Origin: Bdellovibrionales bacterium
GTDB taxonomy: Bacteria; Bdellovibrionota; Bdellovibrionia; Bdellovibrionales; DASUEL01
Direction of reading: 5' to 3'
Assembly (NCBI GenBank): GCA_050250255.1
Contig: JBFWOZ010000009.1
Span: 1-64,000 of the forward strand
Length of the DNA stretch: 64,000 bases
Shown: positions 39,007 to 47,580 of the stretch, piece by piece
Numbering within the stretch: the first letter of the stretch is position 1
Layout: each line of letters opens with the position of its first letter
The notes under the pieces: generated by a model
The model's input: the letters and a program-made list of their open reading frames with translations, nothing else
What the model was told of the DNA's origin: nothing
Database searches by the model: none
Made by a program: the position numbers and the translations under genes

Positions 39007-40008
39007 TTACTTCGCAAGATTCCCGTAAAAGAAGTTTAGAACTTCTCTCATGGTCTCAGGACTTGTTCTCCAGTTTTGAGCAGCTTCACCAACAAGTGAA
39101 TCCATCTCTTTCAAAGCAAGCTCTGTTTTTCCATCACGAGCAAGAAGAGCGACGTCTTCGATACGTCCTAATTCAATTCCATAAACACGCTTAGAAAAAG
39201 CAGCCATGTCAGCATGCGTACGAGCGCGCTTAGAACCGATCTCTGACCAATCAACGAGTGAAGCAGCAGCTTGTTCGCTGACATCTGCATCTAAAGAGAA
39301 CTTTGCCTGAAGAACTTCAGAGATACCCTTTACTTGATCGGCACGTTGTTCAGCAACCGTGCCCATGACGTCTTTACCATTAGTGCTACCAACCGCTTGA
39401 GCTGCGTTGAGAGCAGAACCGTCGTAGGCATACTTCACGCCAGATGGGCTCAAAATAGTAATATCGTTCACATCAGTGAACGATCCCGCCAAACGATGTT
39501 GGAAACTCCAGCCGTTGAGTGAGTAGCTTCCGCTCACAAGACCCCAGTCCTTTACGTTGAATTGTCTTCCGTCTGGAGTGTTCACAAACACATTATAATT
39601 CGTGAAGGTTTCTGTGTAAGCATATTCACGTCTCACGTAACCAGCCTGGCAAACGCCGTCTATGTCACGATATGCACAATGATCCCATTCTTCAGTTTCG
39701 CCAACACGGTAACGCTTATCGGTGAATGACGAACGTACGAATGTAAAGCCATTCAAAGTTGTATAAGCAGGATCTTCACCTAAAGAGATTTTTGATCCGT
39801 CATATTTAAAGTTACAGCCAGGACGCGCTGGTTCACCTTCGCTACACATCTGCGCCATAGAATTGTAAAATGCAGTTTTGTTTGCATCTGGATTATTTCG
39901 GAGAGCTGCAAAATAATCAGGAGTGGAACTACCGCCACCACCGCCGTTACAAGCTGTCATCACAAACGCTAACATGAGAAACAAAGAACAATTAAAAACA
40001 GATTTCAT
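39007..40008 (-). CDS. Tandem variable lipoprotein, copy D
   Basis: Lipobox MTAC, same architecture as copy A. Confidence 0.9.
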   Translation of the reverse strand: MKSVFNCSLFLMLAFVMTACNGGGGGSSTPDYFAALRNNPDANKTAFYNSMAQMCSEGEPARPGCNFKYDGSKISLGEDPAYTTLNGFTFVRSSFTDKRYRVGETEEWDHCAYRDIDGVCQAGYVRREYAYTETFTNYNVFVNTPDGRQFNVKDWGLVSGSYSLNGWSFQHRLAGSFTDVNDITILSPSGVKYAYDGSALNAAQAVGSTNGKDVMGTVAEQRADQVKGISEVLQAKFSLDADVSEQAAASLVDWSEIGSKRARTHADMAAFSKRVYGIELGRIEDVALLARDGKTELALKEMDSLVGEAAQNWRTSPETMREVLNFFYGNLAK

Positions 40009-40041
40009 TTAGAACCCCTTTAAAAAACAAGGCATGATTAG

Positions 40042-40059
40042 TTGCCAAGCTTATGCCAG
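40042..40059 (-). promoter_or_regulatory. Putative sigma54 promoter of copy D
   Basis: CTGGCATAAGCTTGGCAA, GG-N10-GC spacing. Confidence 0.6.
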
Positions 40060-40086
40060 TGATGCTCCCCGTTGAGAAGCAGAACC

Positions 40087-41448
40087 TTAGGGAATGCGCT
40101 GCATTATCTTCGAGATCTGTTCATCCTGCTGTTCAGTGAGGATTTTAAACGTGAGTTCATTTAAAACGGTCTTCCAGACATTATGAAACTCCTGCAGGTG
40201 TTTGGGATTTACGGCCTGATACACGCGTTCATCTTTAAGAATTAAAACCGTGAGCTGCGCTAGGCGATCTAAAAGACTTATTTCTTTTGTAAATTGGACT
40301 TTGTCACCAAAGGAGAGACGAAGTTCCGATATGGCCGGTACAAGTAACTCAAGAGAAGGAGTTTTGTCTTGTTTATCCTCAGAAATGACCAAAAATTGAT
40401 CTATCACGCAGCTGGAACAAGACCCCAGGATTCTCAGCAAAGAAAGAATATTCGGAGTCGAAAGGCCTTCTACGGAGCGAATGAGGATTTGACGAGCTCC
40501 ACTGGCTTTCACGATGCGACCAAGTTCTAGTTGGGTACTCATGAGTTTTTCAAGATCTGTCACGCGCGCTATAACATAAGCGTTTTGTTCCTCGCTTGAA
40601 GAAATTGCGGTGCTACTACCACTTCCATATATATCTTGAGACGGTTTTGGCCACTGTATGCGACCATTATGAGGGTTACCTGCGATGAGCTCATCTGGTT
40701 TTGTCGCTTTACCATTATGCGGATTACCAGCGATTTGGGTCACAGCTTTTTGATCAGCCATCGAAATGGTTAAACCAGAAAAATGGAAAGTGTTGGTCGC
40801 ACGATCATAGCTATAAGAACGGGTAGGCATACCTTTACGTGCATTCTCAATAAAACGAAGAATGGTTGAAGCAGGAATAGAAAGAGCCGTACCTTCTTTG
40901 GATTTTTGAGAAACCATTCCTACGACTTTATCTCCAGCAAGAACGACAGAACCACTCAATGAACCACGAAGGGGTAATTCTACTCCTTGAACATTCTGAA
41001 TTTCCTGGGCTCGGGGAACGCCGGGCACCATTAATTTCCCGCTGGCAAGATCCATGAATCGCCCCGCGATAGTTGTTAATCCTTTAGATTGAAAATCCCA
41101 ACCCATGATGGAAACAAGTTGCATCTGTTTTAAAGGCGTCAGGGTTTCAAAAGAACAGGCCGAAAAATTCGCGTTTGGCACTTCAAGAAGAGCCAAATCC
41201 GTATGAAAATCACGCGCCATAATTTGGGCAGAAAGCTGAGAAACTTTTTCCTTTTCTACAACAAGACGAGTGGGCTGGAGCGGCAAAGTGTGTTCATTAA
41301 CAACTAACTCCGTTGCAGAAATCGCAAAGGCTGTTCCGGAATACTTTATTCCGTCCTCCTCAGAGGTGACTCGCGCGAGAGTACAAGGAGCGTTCGCCAG
41401 CAAGGGTTGAGCGACGCTGAAAAGTAAAAAACTCATAAGCATTTTCAT
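40087..41448 (-). CDS. Secreted trypsin-like (S1) serine protease with C-terminal extension
   Basis: SGTAF, VNEH, TDLALL, GSLSGS..VVGM; signal peptide. Confidence 0.75.
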   Translation of the reverse strand: MKMLMSFLLFSVAQPLLANAPCTLARVTSEEDGIKYSGTAFAISATELVVNEHTLPLQPTRLVVEKEKVSQLSAQIMARDFHTDLALLEVPNANFSACSFETLTPLKQMQLVSIMGWDFQSKGLTTIAGRFMDLASGKLMVPGVPRAQEIQNVQGVELPLRGSLSGSVVLAGDKVVGMVSQKSKEGTALSIPASTILRFIENARKGMPTRSYSYDRATNTFHFSGLTISMADQKAVTQIAGNPHNGKATKPDELIAGNPHNGRIQWPKPSQDIYGSGSSTAISSSEEQNAYVIARVTDLEKLMSTQLELGRIVKASGARQILIRSVEGLSTPNILSLLRILGSCSSCVIDQFLVISEDKQDKTPSLELLVPAISELRLSFGDKVQFTKEISLLDRLAQLTVLILKDERVYQAVNPKHLQEFHNVWKTVLNELTFKILTEQQDEQISKIMQRIP

Positions 41449-41449
41449 T

Positions 41450-43741
41450 TTAAGCTCCTTTATTCACAACGTAACCGGCGCTACGACCAGCCCCGATAGG
41501 GGAGAGAAGACGCATTTCTACAAGCAAAGTTAATTCACGAACCGCGGTTCGTGGGCTTAGACCTAAATTTCTCACTACGTCCTGACGACGAAGAATTCGC
41601 TGAGGTCCAGAAACAAGCGAAAGTATATCTCTTTGTCTTTTGGTTAATGGTTCGGTATCTGTCCAAGCATTTCGAATCTTTGCTTTTTGCAAAGGCGACA
41701 CACGATATTTTCCTATATGTAATTCAATCATCACCGACTTACGAAGTCGTCGAATGTGGCTATAGATAATAGGATCATCTTGAAAAGGGCTGTATTCCCG
41801 ACCCCATATCAATTGGATAAGTTGTTCTTTAGAAAGACCACTCAGCCCACTCTCAACTAAATGTTTTAAGATTAAAAATAAAATGGATTGGCTTTTGATA
41901 TCAAGCTTCGTTCCTTTTAGAAGAACGACCCCATCCATTTCATCAACAAGTAAACCTTCAGAATATTCCTGCTCATTTTTTGAAAGCTTTGAACGTTTTA
42001 AAATCCAATGAGTCGAAGTGAGATCTTCTCCAAAACAAAGCGTAAAAAAAGCGGATAAATCTTCTTTAACGGAAGGAGAGCATTTGTTCATTGTGTGAAG
42101 CCATTCCACTTCGTGATGTGAGTCTTGATAGACGAGTCCTCCACGCGCAAGACACGCCAGAAGCATGAGCCCTTGAGCTTGAGCCACCATTAAGGCCTCA
42201 TTAAAACATCTCATCATTTTTTCGCGATCTCCCATTGAGAACGCATAAAAACCACGACCTAAACTCTTTAAACATTCTGACCATGGTGAAGAAGGAAAAG
42301 ACTCCATTTTTTGAAGAATGGCGTGTACCACTGACCAATTTTTCTGTGCTACCGCAGAAATCATTTGCACTTCAAGAATAGAAAGTTTGTCTGCCGGCAC
42401 ATGAGGAGACGAGACAAAATCCATCCACTCACTAAGACCAATTCTTTTTTGTAGAACAATAGGGACCCGTGCGACGAGATCTGAAACATCGGTTTTTAAT
42501 TGGCCCATGGAACGGGCCTGAAAAGCCACTCGTCGTAATTTCCAGGCGAGTAAGTAAAGTGACGACTGAGCATCTGCTCTTGGGTCCTGAACATTTTCTT
42601 TACCCGCATATTCCATACCTTGTAAACCAAAGCCGGCTTCAAAAATTTCTAAAGCAGTCTGGGCTTGAGAAAATTGAGTGAAACCCTTCTCTGCAATATG
42701 TCTGCGCGACATACCTAGGGAAATTTGCGCTTGAAACACTTGTCCCAACTCTAAGTGCGCTTGACCTTGAGCTTGTCGAGCGAGCACTTTTTGCACTTCG
42801 CTTAAGTTTTGGAAGGTAAATACTTCTTCTGTTTTTGCTAAAGCACGGAGTGGCTGATTTTGTACGATTTCTCTTTGCGCTTCAAAAAGCGAAAGACTTT
42901 TTGAAAGGCAGGGAAGTTGAAAGGTCTTGAGTTTTTGATTCACCATCTTGAGCCAAAATTGTACGTCTTTTTCTTGATCTAAAACATGGTGAGTCGCCGC
43001 GAGATTAAAAGCGGCAATCGCACTGGAAGCTGTTTCTTCTTCTAAATCGAAAATCTCAAAAGCTTGTCGATAAAGTGCAAGGGCTTTTGAATAATGAGCT
43101 AAATTAAAGTAGGGGGAACCGCAAATTAAAAGAATTTGACCACGATCCCAAGAAGACAACTGAGAGATGTTTTGAAGAATATAACTTCTTTCAATCAATT
43201 CAACCGCTTGTTCTTGGTCACCTGTAATCCGCAAATTGAGAATTTCAGCCGCTAAAATCTTAGGATCGGTCTTTGCATTCATGACCTGTCGAAGACTCTC
43301 GCAGTCACGTTTTAAATAAAGTTGTGCTTGAAATGTGGCGAGCGATTTTAACTCTTTAAACTTGAGAACTAATTCCCATTGGTTGGACTCGAGAGCTCGT
43401 TTCACGATCCATTCCTTCAATACCAACGGAACCTGATTAGAGCCGAGTTGCTGATCCATCAGTTGTCCTACGAAACTCCACTCTTTTTCTCCAAACCCAG
43501 AAAAGGATTCTTGTACCGCTTGCAGACATTCGATGAGTCTTCTTTGAAGCGAAATTTCAAACTTCTTTTCTTCTGATATTGAGAGTCTGCCAAACTGATT
43601 TTCCTGACTCATGTTAAACAAAAGCCAGTCGGACATTTCTTTTTGCAGTTCCACTCCAAAAAGCAAGTTGGCACCTACGCCTCCATATTTGTGGAGGCAG
43701 TAGAGAAATTCTTTTTTCTGGTGCGCCAATTTGAGGCTCAT
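41450..43741 (-). CDS. TPR + OmpR-type winged HTH + C-terminal HTH transcriptional regulator
   Basis: TPR-like helices (YSKALALYRQAF, AAFNLA); LSKEQLIQLIWG..IYSHIRRLRK; LTKRQRDIL..LGLSPRTAVRELTLLV..GAGRSAGY. Confidence 0.75.
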   Translation of the reverse strand: MSLKLAHQKKEFLYCLHKYGGVGANLLFGVELQKEMSDWLLFNMSQENQFGRLSISEEKKFEISLQRRLIECLQAVQESFSGFGEKEWSFVGQLMDQQLGSNQVPLVLKEWIVKRALESNQWELVLKFKELKSLATFQAQLYLKRDCESLRQVMNAKTDPKILAAEILNLRITGDQEQAVELIERSYILQNISQLSSWDRGQILLICGSPYFNLAHYSKALALYRQAFEIFDLEEETASSAIAAFNLAATHHVLDQEKDVQFWLKMVNQKLKTFQLPCLSKSLSLFEAQREIVQNQPLRALAKTEEVFTFQNLSEVQKVLARQAQGQAHLELGQVFQAQISLGMSRRHIAEKGFTQFSQAQTALEIFEAGFGLQGMEYAGKENVQDPRADAQSSLYLLAWKLRRVAFQARSMGQLKTDVSDLVARVPIVLQKRIGLSEWMDFVSSPHVPADKLSILEVQMISAVAQKNWSVVHAILQKMESFPSSPWSECLKSLGRGFYAFSMGDREKMMRCFNEALMVAQAQGLMLLACLARGGLVYQDSHHEVEWLHTMNKCSPSVKEDLSAFFTLCFGEDLTSTHWILKRSKLSKNEQEYSEGLLVDEMDGVVLLKGTKLDIKSQSILFLILKHLVESGLSGLSKEQLIQLIWGREYSPFQDDPIIYSHIRRLRKSVMIELHIGKYRVSPLQKAKIRNAWTDTEPLTKRQRDILSLVSGPQRILRRQDVVRNLGLSPRTAVRELTLLVEMRLLSPIGAGRSAGYVVNKGA

Positions 43742-43754
43742 GAATTAAAATACC

Positions 43755-45101
43755 TTATGGTTTTTTCACAGGGACAATTGAAGTTGCTGGCTTCGCTGTA
43801 GGTTTTGAGCTTTCGGGAGCAGACTTGGTTTCAGGTGTGTAACGTAGGCCTTCCTCAAACTGCACGCCTGTAAGGTCATTTAAAGAACCCACTCCCATCA
43901 AAAGTAATTTTACTTTTGTTTGGACGTTGTTTTCAGTGTCTTTCCCAGCATTAATGAGAGAGTACAGCTCATTCTGCCAAGCTTGAGAGTTCCAATCATT
44001 CGCAAAGGCCTGAACTTCCTTAGCCACTGACGCATCTCCACCAGCGCGACCTTTTACCGCTGCTTTCAAAGCCATCGCTTTAAAACGAAGTTGTGTATAA
44101 ATCGTGCGGTTCATATTGGAATCCAATGCGTCTTTATTGATAAGAAGCTCCCTCAGCGTGGTCTCCAGTACAACACCAATCGCCGACATCGCTTTCGAAG
44201 GGGCTCCTGCAAGTCCATTCGTCCATCCATAGCTCATGCGTAGTTGGCTCACAAGTTCACGAATATTTTCAATAATGAGTTGAGTCGTAGCAACATCATC
44301 ATATTCACTAAAAATTTCTTCCATCACTGTACCCATGGCCACAACCATACGGGCGGACTCTTGAACGTTTTGGTGTGTTACAGGCACCGTGATGACTTCC
44401 TTTTGTAAAACAAATGCATCCATCGCAGATTGGATAGAAGCCTTAAGTCGATCCATGTGTGGTCGGTCGGAACGTCTTAAGGAACCAGTCAGTTGGTTGA
44501 GTTGATTGAGCGTGTTCTGATAGATCGTATAAAGGCCTTGACCGGCATGACTTAGCCCAAGCGCGAGACTCTTGGGACTACCAAGAAACGCGAGGGAAAC
44601 AATAGAAAGGTATGGATTTCCATTCCTCGATAGCGTCTCCTGACAATCATATGCAAACTTTGTTACCGGTTTTTCAAATTCAAACTTGGCAGGGCCAATC
44701 GCATTCCAATGTACTACTGGAAAAGTATTAAGATCTACACTAAACGTATCTGGGCGACTTTGCCTGTAAGATCGCACCAATACAGCCGTGATTGGTAAAG
44801 TAGATTCCACGCACACACAAGTTGCTAGAGCGGCTTGACGAACAGCGGTGGAACTCGTCCCGGCCAAACCAATAGGAGCCGAATAAGTTAAGTCTCCTTT
44901 CACTACAGCATTACCAGTAATTTTAACCACACCAATACCAAAATTAATTATGCATTGTTTTTTTCCTTCACACGCACTGACAACATCGAGAACGATTTCG
45001 CCTTCTGGACTGTGAACAATCCTCTCAACTTTGCCTAGTTGTGCTTGTGAAAAAATTGGTAGCATTGAAAAAATAAATGTAAGTAGAGAAAAAATCTTCA
45101 T
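43755..45101 (-). CDS. Secreted protein E (variable N-terminal domain, conserved helical C-terminal domain)
   Basis: Signal peptide; paralogue of 45112..46407. Confidence 0.85.
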   Translation of the reverse strand: MKIFSLLTFIFSMLPIFSQAQLGKVERIVHSPEGEIVLDVVSACEGKKQCIINFGIGVVKITGNAVVKGDLTYSAPIGLAGTSSTAVRQAALATCVCVESTLPITAVLVRSYRQSRPDTFSVDLNTFPVVHWNAIGPAKFEFEKPVTKFAYDCQETLSRNGNPYLSIVSLAFLGSPKSLALGLSHAGQGLYTIYQNTLNQLNQLTGSLRRSDRPHMDRLKASIQSAMDAFVLQKEVITVPVTHQNVQESARMVVAMGTVMEEIFSEYDDVATTQLIIENIRELVSQLRMSYGWTNGLAGAPSKAMSAIGVVLETTLRELLINKDALDSNMNRTIYTQLRFKAMALKAAVKGRAGGDASVAKEVQAFANDWNSQAWQNELYSLINAGKDTENNVQTKVKLLLMGVGSLNDLTGVQFEEGLRYTPETKSAPESSKPTAKPATSIVPVKKP

Positions 45102-45111
45102 AAATAGTCCT

Positions 45112-46407
45112 TTATAGTTTTTTTACGGGGACAAGAGGGGTTACAGGTTTTGTTTCAGGTGTGTAGCGGAGGCCTTCTTCGAACTGTACGCCCGTGAGAT
45201 CATTGAGCGAAGCTACAGCCATTAAAAGTAACTTCACTTTTGTTTGAATGTTGTTTTCAGTGTCTTTACCAGCATTAATTAAGGTGTGCAGTTCGTTCTG
45301 CCACGCCTGTGAATTCCAATCCGCAGCAAACGCTTGTACTTCTTTAGATGCCGAAGCATCTCCGCCTGCACGACCTCTGACTGCCGCTTTCAGCGCCATC
45401 GCCTTAAAGCGAAGTTGAGTATAGATGACACGATTCACATTCGAGTCTGTTGCATCTTTAACCATGAGAGTCTCTCGAAGAACAGTTTCTAATACCACAC
45501 TAATTGCCGCCATTGCTTTTGATGGAGCACCCACCAAACCATTTGTCCAACCAAAACTCACTCGCAATTGATTCACTAGTTCGCGAATATTCGTTATGAT
45601 TTGTTGTGTACTCTCTATATCGTCATATTCATTAAAAATTTCTTCCATCACTGTACCCATAGCGACAGTCATGCGTGCTGATTCTAAAATATTTTGATGA
45701 GTTACAGGAACCGTTGGCACATTATTCTGCATCACAAAAGCATCCATTGCAGACTGAATCGAACTTTTCAAGCGATCCATATGAGGACGATCTGAACGCT
45801 TTAAAGAACCTGTGAGTTGATTAAGATCGACAAGAGCTTGTTCATAAACGGCAAAAAGTGATGTACTCGACGACGTAAGCGCATGAGATAAGTACTTTGG
45901 GTTATTAGAAGCGAATGCGATTGAAACAATAGAAACGCCACTTTTAACCAGACCACAATCGAATTTAAATTGTTTCACCGGAGATGGGAAATAAAACTCT
46001 GGCGAAGCATTTTCGACATAATTTGTTAAAACAGACAAATTTGAGTTGTAGGTCGTTGGAAGTGCTCCTATAGATCGAATTAAAATTCCAATAATCGGTA
46101 TATCTGAGATGACTGTTGGGCAATATGGAACTGACACATCAGAGGGTGTGCCGGCCCAACCAAGTGGAGAACGCCAAAAACCTCCAGTTGTAGTAGTACC
46201 AGTCCGACCTGTCTGTAAAAAACCGGTTATTGTTATAGAACCCTGCTCTGTTTTTATGTTGCATATTCTCTGATTTGCACAAGCTGTCGTTATGTCTATA
46301 ACGCGATAACCTTTGTTGTTGATCTTTCCTACTACCACAGATGTTTGAGCTGTCGATAAACTAGGCAGAACTGAAAATAGAATAATTATGACGAAACCAA
46401 ATCGCAT
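45112..46407 (-). CDS. Secreted protein F, paralogue of E
   Basis: GAGGAG then ATG 46407; signal peptide MRFGFVIIILFSVLPSLSTA. Confidence 0.85.
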   Translation of the reverse strand: MRFGFVIIILFSVLPSLSTAQTSVVVGKINNKGYRVIDITTACANQRICNIKTEQGSITITGFLQTGRTGTTTTGGFWRSPLGWAGTPSDVSVPYCPTVISDIPIIGILIRSIGALPTTYNSNLSVLTNYVENASPEFYFPSPVKQFKFDCGLVKSGVSIVSIAFASNNPKYLSHALTSSSTSLFAVYEQALVDLNQLTGSLKRSDRPHMDRLKSSIQSAMDAFVMQNNVPTVPVTHQNILESARMTVAMGTVMEEIFNEYDDIESTQQIITNIRELVNQLRVSFGWTNGLVGAPSKAMAAISVVLETVLRETLMVKDATDSNVNRVIYTQLRFKAMALKAAVRGRAGGDASASKEVQAFAADWNSQAWQNELHTLINAGKDTENNIQTKVKLLLMAVASLNDLTGVQFEEGLRYTPETKPVTPLVPVKKL

Positions 46408-46450
46408 ACAAAACTCCTCAAAAACATTTTCGTGGCGCGATTCTGTAGTA

Positions 46451-46467
46451 ACCAATAATCGTGCCAG
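46451..46467 (-). promoter_or_regulatory. Possible sigma54 promoter of the F-E-regulator-protease operon
   Basis: CTGGCACGATTATTGGT: perfect -24 box, -12 is TTGG instead of TTGC. Confidence 0.5.
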
Positions 46468-46475
46468 TTAGGGAC

Positions 46476-46510
46476 TCGTGCGCTCGACACATCCAAAGTC
46501 GAGCGCACGA
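46476..46510. terminator. 13-bp hairpin after gene G
   Basis: tcgtgcgctcgac / gtcgagcgcacga; no clear U tract. Confidence 0.5.
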
Positions 46511-46551
46511 TTGGGGGACATAAACAAATTCTTCGTGAATTAGTTTTCTAA

Positions 46552-47274
46552 TTAGTAGTTCGATTCAATACGCTCTTTCACTTCGAGAAGAAGCTCGATC
46601 GCATTCACGTATATCGGGTTACCTTCTAATTTTTGTAAGAAAGGTTCTGCCGCCGTGATCGCTGCCTTCAATACGGACGCTTTTGACTGTGTACGATTTG
46701 AAAGAGGCGAACGTGCACCCGCAGAAGCCGAGAGACGAATCGCTGCACTTCGTAAGGGCAAGAGATACATTCTAAAATCACCATCTGGGATGTTGATTTG
46801 AAGTTGAGCAACAACCGCAAGTACAGCACCGGCAATTTGTTCATTGGTATTTAAGGGTCGAGGAGAGCGATAATAATCCAATCCAAAACCAGGAGTAGGC
46901 TGATAACCACCAGCATCCACCCAGGCGCGGGCATCATTGATTTTTGCACTTCCGTTGAATCGAAAATGGATATTGGAAACCATTTTGCGAATGACGATGG
47001 GAAAATCGGGATCACGACCTGGAACACCAAGAACCGCTACGCGATCGCTATCGGCATAAACGTCAATCGTCGTGTAATTCCGATATCCTTCGGCACTCAC
47101 GAGAAGACGCTCTACGTAAGTAGGGCGATCAAAGGAATGAGTGGCAGTAGACCCTTCGCTCTGCCAAGAACGGCTCACACGTAACTGAATTTCATTTTGC
47201 ATAGGATTCGCTCGCACGACTTCATTTGAGACCAAAGCGGCAACTACGGCCAACATTCCAAATAGGGACTTCAT
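46552..47274 (-). CDS. Secreted protein G (beta-rich N-terminus, helical C-terminus)
   Basis: GGAGG RBS, signal peptide MKSLFGMLAVVAALVSNEVVRA. Confidence 0.85.
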   Translation of the reverse strand: MKSLFGMLAVVAALVSNEVVRANPMQNEIQLRVSRSWQSEGSTATHSFDRPTYVERLLVSAEGYRNYTTIDVYADSDRVAVLGVPGRDPDFPIVIRKMVSNIHFRFNGSAKINDARAWVDAGGYQPTPGFGLDYYRSPRPLNTNEQIAGAVLAVVAQLQINIPDGDFRMYLLPLRSAAIRLSASAGARSPLSNRTQSKASVLKAAITAAEPFLQKLEGNPIYVNAIELLLEVKERIESNY

Positions 47275-47467
47275 AAAACCTCCATAAACTAATTTACGTT
47301 CGAACTCATTTTCGAACTTGTTTGTTATGAAGGCGTTTTAAAGAAAGTAAGCAAAAGACTCCACGTACAAAATCAAAGGAGTTTAGCAATTGTAACTTGT
47401 TGAATTTATTAGAATCAGAGAAGACACTGAAAAAGATTGGCACGAAATGTCTTGTTTAAATAAAGGA

Positions 47468-47498
47468 TTGGTCACAAACGTGGCACGTTTGTGACCAA
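47468..47498. promoter_or_regulatory. Perfect 15-bp inverted repeat (candidate operator)
   Basis: ttggtcacaaacgtg-g-cacgtttgtgaccaa. Confidence 0.6.
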
Positions 47499-47580
47499 AA
47501 GTATCTAAGTACTAGCGAATTTTTTTCATCAACTGATAACAGAACAGCTCAGCGGTTTTGCTTCATAAGAAAGTGAGGGA

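Noticed and set aside
35511..40008. Diversity-generating retroelement or shufflon as the source of lipoprotein variation
   Set aside because: No reverse transcriptase, template repeat, recombinase or inverted cassettes in the window; variation includes indels and is not adenine-specific.
47437..47454. TTGGCACG sigma54 -24-like box
   Set aside because: On the plus strand, pointing away from gene G, and lacks a correctly spaced -12 GC.
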